From NCBI GenBank assembly GCA_045046875.1, contig JASFYY010000097.1, positions 1 to 28,906 on the forward strand: DNA of 28,906 nucleotides, in the 5' to 3' direction. Positions within the stretch are counted from its first letter, which is position 1. The number at the start of each line of letters is the position of its first letter. The notes under the pieces are model-generated. The model saw nothing but the letters and a program-made list of their open reading frames with translations, had not been told where the DNA came from and searched no databases. Both the position numbers and the translations under genes were made by a program. Positions 15,858 to 23,838 of this stretch are shown piece by piece. The stretch comes from Verrucomicrobiota bacterium (GTDB taxonomy: Bacteria; Verrucomicrobiota; Verrucomicrobiia; Verrucomicrobiales; DEV007).

Positions 15858-16781
15858 ATGAACACCGAACCCACTGTCTTTCTCAACGATCGTTTCATCC
15901 CCGCCTCAGAGGCAGGCATCAGCATTTACGATCTAGGCATCGTGCTCGGTGCCACGCTTACCGAAATGACCCGCACCTTTGCCGGCAAAGCCTTCCGTCT
16001 CGAAGACCATGTCGATCGCCTTTACCGCTCACTGCACTACTCCGGCATCCAAGTGGATCTCACACCGGGTGATATGATTTCCAAAACGCTGGAGCTAATC
16101 GCCACCAACAGCGACCAACTCAAAGAGGGCGAGGACCTGGGCGTCGTGCATTTTGTCACCCCTGGGGAAAACCCCATCTACGCAGGCAGCGCCGCGGGAA
16201 AGGTAAGACTCAAACCCACGGTCTGTATTCACTCCTTTCCGCTTCCTTTTTCCGCTTGGAGTCATCTCATCACCGACGGCGCCCATGTGGTGACGCCATC
16301 CATCCGCCACATCCCGCCCCAATGCCTTGATCCCAAAATGAAAAACCGCTCTCGCTTGCACTGGTTTATCGCCGAGCAGCAAAGCCAGAACGTAGATCCT
16401 AAAGCTATCAGCCTACTACTCGATCTCGATGGGAATATCACCGAGTGCGCGGGATCCAATTTCCTCATCGCTCGCGATCACACCATCTACAGTCCGACTT
16501 CGCGCAATATTCTAGGCGGCGTCAGCATGGCAACTGTACGCGAACTGGCCGATGAACTGGGTTGGGCCTGGGTCGAAAAAGATTTGCAGGTTTACGACGT
16601 CGCCAACGCCGATGAAGCCTGGCTCACCACAACGCCCTACTGCGCGGCGCCCTGTAGCAAAATTAACAATATTCCGATCGGATCAGGCGAACCCGGCCCT
16701 ATGTATAAGGAGCTGATGGATGCCTGGAGTCAACGGGTAGGCGTGAATATCGTCGCTCAAATTACGAATTCCCATGATTAA
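15858..16781 (+). CDS. Class-IV (fold type IV) PLP aminotransferase, BCAT/DAAT/ADC-lyase superfamily
   Basis: VFLNDRFIP...ISIYDLG, FRLEDHVDRLYRS, catalytic Lys in DPKMKNRS, GNITECAGSNF, ILGGVS and ADEAWLT. Confidence 0.9.
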   Translation: MNTEPTVFLNDRFIPASEAGISIYDLGIVLGATLTEMTRTFAGKAFRLEDHVDRLYRSLHYSGIQVDLTPGDMISKTLELIATNSDQLKEGEDLGVVHFVTPGENPIYAGSAAGKVRLKPTVCIHSFPLPFSAWSHLITDGAHVVTPSIRHIPPQCLDPKMKNRSRLHWFIAEQQSQNVDPKAISLLLDLDGNITECAGSNFLIARDHTIYSPTSRNILGGVSMATVRELADELGWAWVEKDLQVYDVANADEAWLTTTPYCAAPCSKINNIPIGSGEPGPMYKELMDAWSQRVGVNIVAQITNSHD

Positions 16782-16992
16782 CCATTCGGTGATCTCACGC
16801 CCGCAAGCGACGGTCAATCAAGTCAAGACGTCGCGAAAGAGTGTGGAGGGCACAGGACTGAGAGATAACGCTGATTCGAAGAAAACCCCGGTTTTCACCC
16901 TATTGGCACGTAGCGCGTAATACATAGGTGAATAGATTACTCATTGTGATGATATAACTGTGAAAATGGTATTATTTGACGATGAGTTCACC

Positions 16993-18495
16993 TCAAGCCA
17001 TCACGTCCTTGATCACATGGCCATGCACCACGGTCAGGCGGCGTTCGAGTCCATTGTGATAGTAGGTCAGACGTTCGTGATCAAAACCCATCAACCGTAA
17101 AATCGTTGCGTTAAAATCGTATAAAGTCAGCGGATTCTCAGCCACCTTGAAGCCAAATTCGTCGCTCGCTCCGTAACTGGTTCCGGCGTTAACTCCCGCG
17201 CCCATGAACCATGCCGTGAACGCTCCCGGATTATGATCCCTGCCGGTTCCATTTTCCTGCAAAAAAGGCATGCGTCCAAATTCGGTACACCAAACCACCA
17301 GGGTATCATCCAGCATGCCTCGCTGTTTCATATCCTGCAGCAGGGCCGCAGTCGGTTGATCCATGATCTCCGCTTGCATGCCATGAGTCTTCTCCAAATC
17401 GTTATGCGAATCCCAGTTGGTGATTCCGTTGCCTCCACTGGCATCCGAACCGTTGAACAACTGCACCACCCGCACTCCTTGCTCCAACAGACGCCTCGCC
17501 AAAATGCAATTCCTCGCGTATGCCTTTTTGGTATCACTGCCACTGTCGGTGCCATACTGACGATGAATGAAAGCAGGCTCCTGATCAATACGGGTGACCT
17601 CCGGAATCGACAGTTGCATCTTGCCCGCCAACTCGTAACTCGCGATGCGGGCGGCCAAATCAGCATCCCCTGGGTATTGGTTCAGATGTTTGTCGTTCAA
17701 ACGTGCCAACAAATCCACCGCTCGTTTTTTGCCCGCCGGTGATTGTGATGCACTGCTTTTGAGATTGGCGGGTGGATTGGTCGCATTAAAATCAGTCCCT
17801 TGAAAAGCTGCCGGCAAAAATCCCGATCCCCAGTCATTTTTACCCGAACGCGGTTTCCCGCGTGGATCTTCAATCGCCACAAACGCAGGCAAAGATTCGT
17901 TCTCACTGCCAAGCGCATAGGTCATCCAAGATCCCAATGATGGAAAACCCTCAAAAGTGGAACCCGTGTTGATCAAATTCTCCGCTTGTGGATGTGCACT
18001 GGTCTGGGTGGTCAGCGAGTGCACAAAACACATGTCATCCGCCATCTCAGCAAGGTTCGGCAACAGGTCGGAAATCATTTTACCCGACTGACCCCGCGGA
18101 CGAAATTTCCACGGTGACTGCGCCACGCTACCGGTCGGTCCGGAAAAAGTAACCGCAGGCAAACCTGGCGGCTTTTTGCCATGAAAACGCGCCAGATCCG
18201 GTTTGTAATCAAAGGTATCAATGTGACTGACCGCACCCGGACAAGAAATAATCAGTAGCTTTTTTGCCTTTACCGGAAACATCGGCTTTCGTGCCGCGTA
18301 AGGATCACTGGAATTAATTTGAGGGCGAAACGGGCCTTTTGCCTTGGATGAATTTGCTAACAAGGAGTCAGCGCCGAGCAGTTGTAACAGTGAAAAACCT
18401 CCCATCAAACCTGCGGTCTGACCAAGAAAATTGCGCCGGTCAAGCAGGCTTCGCCCCATGGCAGATAAATGTGTCGCGTTGCGATTGTGATGCAT
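16993..18495 (-). CDS. DUF1501 domain protein (Tat-exported, PVC type)
   Basis: DRRNFL Tat motif, GAVSHIDTFDYKP, WDSH, TEFGRMP, GRDHNP and RRLTVVHGHVI. Confidence 0.93.
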   Translation of the reverse strand: MHHNRNATHLSAMGRSLLDRRNFLGQTAGLMGGFSLLQLLGADSLLANSSKAKGPFRPQINSSDPYAARKPMFPVKAKKLLIISCPGAVSHIDTFDYKPDLARFHGKKPPGLPAVTFSGPTGSVAQSPWKFRPRGQSGKMISDLLPNLAEMADDMCFVHSLTTQTSAHPQAENLINTGSTFEGFPSLGSWMTYALGSENESLPAFVAIEDPRGKPRSGKNDWGSGFLPAAFQGTDFNATNPPANLKSSASQSPAGKKRAVDLLARLNDKHLNQYPGDADLAARIASYELAGKMQLSIPEVTRIDQEPAFIHRQYGTDSGSDTKKAYARNCILARRLLEQGVRVVQLFNGSDASGGNGITNWDSHNDLEKTHGMQAEIMDQPTAALLQDMKQRGMLDDTLVVWCTEFGRMPFLQENGTGRDHNPGAFTAWFMGAGVNAGTSYGASDEFGFKVAENPLTLYDFNATILRLMGFDHERLTYYHNGLERRLTVVHGHVIKDVMA

Positions 18496-18515
18496 AAAAT
18501 CTTAATGTTTAGAAG

Positions 18516-21404
18516 TTAGTCTAAAAAGGCAAATTCATTGGTATTAAACAAAACCCGGGCAAGCGCAGCCAAACCATCCTGCTCCACTACGTGTTGCGCC
18601 GCAGACTTTTCATCCGGCTGGGGTTTGCGGCTCAGCACCAGTAAAAACAAATGCTCAACTTGTTTGCCCACGTCAGCCTTTGCTGCTCCCAATCCCCGCT
18701 TAACCCGTTGGGAAATCTCCCCAGCCTGAATCTCCACCAATTTACCATTCATCAAATTTAATGCCTGAATCGGAGTGGTCGAAACCGGACGTTTTGAACT
18801 TAGGGTTTTACAATCGGGCAAGTCGAATGCCATGAACATCCGATCGTCCACACCTCGCATTCGTTGTTGGTAAAACAACCTGCGCCAGGTCTGCGGACTC
18901 GAATTGTCCACCACCTTCCATTGCGCATAACGTTTTTTATCAGCATGAATACGATAGCCCTTGCCCCCCACCCGCTGATCCAGAGTGCCCGCAGCGAGCA
19001 AAATCGAATCGCGCAAAACCTCCGCTCCCACACGCCGGGGAGCAAAACGCCACAACAAACGGTTGCCGGCATCCACCTTAAGCGCCTCCGCTCGCGGCAA
19101 ACTCGCCTGAGCAAAGGTCTGCGATAAAAGCAAACGCCGGATCATCGCTTTCATGTCCCATTGACTATCCACAAACTGCTTGGCCAAATAATCCAACAAT
19201 TCAGGGTGCGAAGGTTTCTCCCCCGCTTGCCCAAAATCATCCAGCGTGCTGACGATGCCACTGCCAAACACGTGATACCATATACGATTGACCGCCACGC
19301 GCGCAGTGAGTGGATTTTTTCCGTCCACCAACCAATCGGCAAAAGCCAGGCGTCGTTCTGCTCCAGTGCTTTGATCCGATAATTTCAGGTCGCTGCGAAA
19401 AGCCGAAAGAGCATTGGGAACCACCGCATCCCCTTTGTTATTCGGGTCCCCCCGTTGCAAAACCCGGGTGGCGACAGGCGGGATAAACTTACCTGCAAAG
19501 ATGGGTTGCGGTCCCTCGTGATACATTTTCAAGGTCAACTCATTGAGTTTGTTCAGACGTTTGTCTCCAGGTTCCCCCTTTTTTCCGCCCACCTTGTTTT
19601 TAGCTGACTGAGCCCCGGCAGAAAAAACCGTCTTCCAGTTTTCACCATCCAGACTGACCTCCACCTGATAACGCGAAAACCCCGGTTTGTTATTTTCTTC
19701 GAGATAATCCGTATTGGTTAGCGCCGCTCGGTTAGTGCTGAGATCTATCCGGTCGATATTTGCCACTTCAGCCAATTCAATCACAAAACCCTGCTCTTTT
19801 TTTGCATTGATACGTCCTCCGCTCCAGCCCCAGAAAGCTTCCCGTTCACCATCGATCAATTGCTTCGCCCCGTTATTAGAACGGCTGTGTTTGGCATTAA
19901 AATCCGTAGCTTTGGAGCCATTAGCGCTCAATGCCAGATTCACCTCGGCGGAATTCGGACCATAAATTTCCACCTCGTCGACTTTGGCAAATCCGGTGAA
20001 AAACTTAACCCGCACAAACTTCGCCTTATTTTCAGGCAAGTGAACCTTACTGTGATCTCCCCAGTCTTCAGACCAGGCATTTAATCCCGATGCTTTCAAT
20101 TGACCGCGTATCTTTTTCACCTCTGCCAGCAACTGTCGGTATCGTTGCATTTTCGGATGGCCTGGTGCCAACTTGGGCATGCGGTGCCCATACTCGACAT
20201 CCTGAAACACCGCTACGATCGAATAATAATCTTTCGTGCTGATCGCATCAAATTTGTGATCGTGGCAACGCGCACAACCAAGTGAAGAGCCCAACAACGA
20301 AGCCCCCACCGTCTGCATCAATTCATCAAGCCGATCGTAACGCGCTTGCAAAATGGCCGAAGCCTCACGACCAATGGTCGCAGGAGACACATGCGGCCCC
20401 GCGACTAGAAAACCCGTGGCCTCATCCACCCCCAATACATCACCCGCCAATTGCTCGCGCACAAATTGCGCGTAGGGCATATTCTGATTAAAAGCCCGCG
20501 CCACATAATCACGATACCACCAGGAACGACTACGATACAAGTTATCCTCGGAGCCGTTGCTTTCACCAAAACGAATCCCATCCAACCAATGCTGCGCCCA
20601 GGTTTCTCCAAAACGCGGGGAAGCCAACAGCCGATCCACATAGGCCGCCACAGCCAGCTCATCAGAACTTTGATCTGCAACCAATCTCTCCACTTCTTCA
20701 GGGCTCGGCACCATACCCACCAGGATGATCGACAATCGCCTTGCCAGGTTCCGCCGATCGGCGCGAGCCGAAGGCGCTAGTTTATTTTTCTCCAAGTCGG
20801 AAAAAATAAAACGATCCACCGGTTTTACCGCCCAGCGTTTATTCTTCACCTGGGGAACTTTCACCGACCTCACCGCCAGCAGGCTCCACCAGCGCAAGCG
20901 CTCTTTGGAAACCAACTGCCAAACCAGTTTTTCAGCTTCTTCACTCGACGGCGCATGATCGCGCGGATCCGGCGCTCCCATCGCCACCCATTTTTCAAAG
21001 TCCGCGATCACTTCCTGCGGTAAGGGATCGGAAGGTGGCATCTCAAACTCCCCATAATGCAGAGCTTCAATCAGTAGACTTTTTTTCACATCTCCCGGAA
21101 CCACCGCAAACCCCGACTTGCCTCCCTTGGCCACATTAACCCTGGAATCTAACCTCAAGCCCCCTTTGGCTTTTTCACTGATCGCCGAATGGCAATCATA
21201 ACACTGGGCAATCAATACCGGTTCGATTTTATTTTTGAAAAAATCAATGCCCTCCGCTTTAGACACTTTACCAGCTTGCTCTGCGGCAAAACTCGATACC
21301 GCTAAACTCTGCCCCCCAAAAAACAACCAACTCATCCAAGTCAATACCCGATGATGACTTTCCCCTAATTGTTTGAACTTTTGAAAAATAGAATATTGAA
21401 ACAT
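18516..21404 (-). CDS. Planctomycete cytochrome c / PSD1 (DUF1549 + DUF1553) protein with an inserted discoidin (F5/8-like) domain
   Basis: CYDCH...GGLRLDS...MPP, RFGETWAQHWLD, CARCHDHKFD, NPLTARVAVNRIW, PSHPELLDYLA and QALNLMN. The internal NLAL...LIDG...YQVEVSLDGENW segment is discoidin-like. Confidence 0.92.
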   Translation of the reverse strand: MFQYSIFQKFKQLGESHHRVLTWMSWLFFGGQSLAVSSFAAEQAGKVSKAEGIDFFKNKIEPVLIAQCYDCHSAISEKAKGGLRLDSRVNVAKGGKSGFAVVPGDVKKSLLIEALHYGEFEMPPSDPLPQEVIADFEKWVAMGAPDPRDHAPSSEEAEKLVWQLVSKERLRWWSLLAVRSVKVPQVKNKRWAVKPVDRFIFSDLEKNKLAPSARADRRNLARRLSIILVGMVPSPEEVERLVADQSSDELAVAAYVDRLLASPRFGETWAQHWLDGIRFGESNGSEDNLYRSRSWWYRDYVARAFNQNMPYAQFVREQLAGDVLGVDEATGFLVAGPHVSPATIGREASAILQARYDRLDELMQTVGASLLGSSLGCARCHDHKFDAISTKDYYSIVAVFQDVEYGHRMPKLAPGHPKMQRYRQLLAEVKKIRGQLKASGLNAWSEDWGDHSKVHLPENKAKFVRVKFFTGFAKVDEVEIYGPNSAEVNLALSANGSKATDFNAKHSRSNNGAKQLIDGEREAFWGWSGGRINAKKEQGFVIELAEVANIDRIDLSTNRAALTNTDYLEENNKPGFSRYQVEVSLDGENWKTVFSAGAQSAKNKVGGKKGEPGDKRLNKLNELTLKMYHEGPQPIFAGKFIPPVATRVLQRGDPNNKGDAVVPNALSAFRSDLKLSDQSTGAERRLAFADWLVDGKNPLTARVAVNRIWYHVFGSGIVSTLDDFGQAGEKPSHPELLDYLAKQFVDSQWDMKAMIRRLLLSQTFAQASLPRAEALKVDAGNRLLWRFAPRRVGAEVLRDSILLAAGTLDQRVGGKGYRIHADKKRYAQWKVVDNSSPQTWRRLFYQQRMRGVDDRMFMAFDLPDCKTLSSKRPVSTTPIQALNLMNGKLVEIQAGEISQRVKRGLGAAKADVGKQVEHLFLLVLSRKPQPDEKSAAQHVVEQDGLAALARVLFNTNEFAFLD

Positions 21405-21439
21405 AGCAGTTAGACAGAATCTTCTACCAAGTTACTCCC

Positions 21440-21501
21440 ATTGCCCAAAAAATTGCCCAAAAAAATTTCAAGCACTGTCGAAGGCACTCCCGAAGGCACT
21501 C
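21440..21501. repeat. Two adjacent tandem duplications with 12-bp period
   Basis: attgcccaaaaa x2 (21440-21463) and cgaaggcactc x2 (21479-21489, 21491-21501). Confidence 0.7.
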
Positions 21502-23691
21502 TTAAAAACGGAAGGTCCAACCGACCTTAGCCACCATTTCACTGGAGAATTGTTGGAAATTTCCATCCTCAACATCAAAACCCTGATTGATCACCAGATA
21601 AACATCACTGCCAGGTTTGACGATATAACGAATCCGGCTGTTCACCCCCACTTCATCCGAAACATTGTCGTATTGCACCACCGAGTCCCAGGATATACGA
21701 GTATTTGGAGTGATTCGTAAACCCACCGAAGCCACGATAGTTTCAAAATCCCCCTCATCCAGGTTGATGTCATTATAACTGCCCCCCACGTTGAAGCGGA
21801 AAAAACGAGAAGCTCTCCAGACGGCATCGGCCATGGCGCGGGAACGAGTGCCACTATAAAATTCCCCGATACCAAAGCCCATTTCAAAACCAAAAGGTCG
21901 AACCGAGCTGGTATCAAAACCAAAATTCAGTCTCTTGGTCAAATAGTCTCCTGGGGCAATCGCGATGCCCTCTTGAATCTCAAAATCCTCAAACAACACC
22001 TCCCGCCTGAATTCCGGTGCGATATAGAATTGGTCCCCTCTTAAAGTTTCAAAATCAATCGAAGGCACATCAAATCGCTCCGTTTCAATATCGCCGTCAG
22101 GCGAAGTGAACACACTGGCCCCGTAACCCACATCCAACTGCTGCATCCAAACCTGTCCCGGAAAAAAACGGTAGCGCATCCGGTTGCTGGCGACTCCGCC
22201 ATCACGTTGCACAAATCCCATTGCAGGTCGAAAAGCCTCGTCAACTTGCTCAAACTCCACCACAAAAGAGAACGGCGTATTGGTGTAATCAAAACGAACT
22301 CCATAAGAGTCTCCCCGTTGACCATCACTTTCACTGCCCATCGCCCAAAGGTAAACCTCCAGCGCATTGTCCCCAATCCAGTTTCTATTTTTATACAAAA
22401 AATCAATTCCTCCCAAACTATTACTGCCATTGGTGCGTGGATCCCCATAACTACCAATCAAGCCCACCTGGGATTCTTTCAACACATCGTAGGTGAAACG
22501 ACCAATGTAAGCCTGATCCTTATTCAACACCCCGCGACTATCCAAACCTACTCCCAACAAACCAATGCCCACCTTGCCGATACGCCCGGTCACTTTCCCC
22601 CCGGCCCGGACATCTACTTTTTTCCCACCCGCCGACAATCCAATCGTGCGCGAATGAAAAGCCAAAGGAGAACGTCTTTGCCCGCCAAACTCAAAATACT
22701 CCGCCCCCTGAAGGAAAAAATCCCTTTGCTCGGGAAAGAACAAAGGAAAGCGTGTGAGATTCACTCGCCGGGCGTCGACCTCCGCTTCAGCAAAATCAGT
22801 ATTAAAAGTTAAAGTCGCGGTGAGATTGGGAGTGATCTGGTAAAAAACATCTCCACCTGGATCAAAACTGTATCCCTCATTAGCTCCGGCACCGCCCTTA
22901 CTGTTCCTATAGCGATTGGTAAAATAAGGTTTCACATCAATCCCCAACCCTTTTTCCACCTCCTGCAAACCGACCAACATCCCTGCGTCTTCCAGTTTGA
23001 AAAATCCCCGGTTGCGGCTCGCAGCTGTCCAACGCATCTGTTCCTGACGTCTTGGCATCCAGCGACCAAAATTAATCCCCCAGTTCATTTCATTGGGATC
23101 AAAAGATAAACTGCGAAAAGGAATCACCATCTCCGCCGACCAACCATTGGCGTCAATCTGACTTGCTCCGTCCCACAGCGCATCCCACTCCATTCTCGGA
23201 GCATTACGTCGCGGATCAATTTTACCTTCCCCCAAAGCTCCATTGGCGTTGATCCTAAAATAAAACCCTTCTTTCCCCCGTCGAAACGGATCCAGCACCA
23301 CAAAGACATAATCGTCCGCCCCTACCGAGGCATCCCGTTGCATCACCGAGTGATTAAGCTTTTCGATATCGCTATCAGAAGCACGAAATGCGATATACAA
23401 ATTTTTCTCATCAAAACAAACCCGCACCACTGTATTTTGAGTCGCAGGTTCGCCCTCGACCGGGTTGCGCTGGATAAAATGGTCTGCCAACTGGGCATTC
23501 TTCCAACAGGCATCATCCAGTTTGCCGTCAATGACAGGGGCTATTTTCACCGCTTGAACCTGCAAGCGCGGAACCTCCTCTGCCCGACCATTTGATCCCG
23601 CTGTCAATATCAGCCCACCAAGACAAAGCGACGCTCCAATACGGAAAATCAGCTTAATACAAGCTATCAATGGGGGGATCAAACTGAGCAC
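21502..23691 (-). CDS. CBM9-like domain plus DUF5916 outer-membrane beta-barrel protein
   Basis: APVIDGKLDDACW...WSAEMVIPFRSL...WGINFGR (CBM9-like), then NTDFAEAEVD...NLTRFPLFFPEQRDFFLQG (DUF5916), ending in the barrel signature KVGWTFRF. The ORF track starts at 23805; the GTG at 23691 or a later codon fits a signal peptide better. Confidence 0.85.
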   Translation of the reverse strand: MLSLIPPLIACIKLIFRIGASLCLGGLILTAGSNGRAEEVPRLQVQAVKIAPVIDGKLDDACWKNAQLADHFIQRNPVEGEPATQNTVVRVCFDEKNLYIAFRASDSDIEKLNHSVMQRDASVGADDYVFVVLDPFRRGKEGFYFRINANGALGEGKIDPRRNAPRMEWDALWDGASQIDANGWSAEMVIPFRSLSFDPNEMNWGINFGRWMPRRQEQMRWTAASRNRGFFKLEDAGMLVGLQEVEKGLGIDVKPYFTNRYRNSKGGAGANEGYSFDPGGDVFYQITPNLTATLTFNTDFAEAEVDARRVNLTRFPLFFPEQRDFFLQGAEYFEFGGQRRSPLAFHSRTIGLSAGGKKVDVRAGGKVTGRIGKVGIGLLGVGLDSRGVLNKDQAYIGRFTYDVLKESQVGLIGSYGDPRTNGSNSLGGIDFLYKNRNWIGDNALEVYLWAMGSESDGQRGDSYGVRFDYTNTPFSFVVEFEQVDEAFRPAMGFVQRDGGVASNRMRYRFFPGQVWMQQLDVGYGASVFTSPDGDIETERFDVPSIDFETLRGDQFYIAPEFRREVLFEDFEIQEGIAIAPGDYLTKRLNFGFDTSSVRPFGFEMGFGIGEFYSGTRSRAMADAVWRASRFFRFNVGGSYNDINLDEGDFETIVASVGLRITPNTRISWDSVVQYDNVSDEVGVNSRIRYIVKPGSDVYLVINQGFDVEDGNFQQFSSEMVAKVGWTFRF

Positions 23692-23838
23692 AATAAAAGC
23701 CTCTACTTCAGCCAAAACAATCGCCCATGCAAGCCGCAAAGCCACCCGGTTTAAAGGAATTGATTCCCCAAATCGGATTTTTGTGAAACAGTAGGGCATA
23801 TCCACAATGGATCTCTTTCAAGACCAGCAAACAAGACT

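Noticed and set aside
15858..16781. Calling this gene ilvE, dat or pabC
   Set aside because: Its specificity motifs differ from all three, so only the superfamily is supported.
1762..16781. Reading the cluster as secondary-metabolite biosynthesis (dioxygenase plus transaminases)
   Set aside because: There is no scaffold synthase, ligase, nucleotidyltransferase, glycosyltransferase or exporter. Six exported hydrolase-like proteins and a sugar-sensor regulator point to catabolism.
16903..16920. Sigma-54-like TTGGCACG
   Set aside because: There is no TTGC at the -12 position, and it lies between convergent genes.
23728..23744. Sigma-54-like TGGC...TTGCA on the minus strand
   Set aside because: The spacing is 8 nt rather than the strictly required 7.
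23692..23805. N-terminal 38 codons of the DUF5916 ORF
   Set aside because: They would leave only 33 bp for a divergent promoter and place the signal peptide too deep, so the start is probably over-extended.
18516..23805. Apparent codon-usage shift suggesting horizontal transfer
   Set aside because: The + strand is C/A-rich across the whole window, so minus-strand genes look G/T-rich. Strand asymmetry is sufficient, and no integrase or tRNA boundary is seen.
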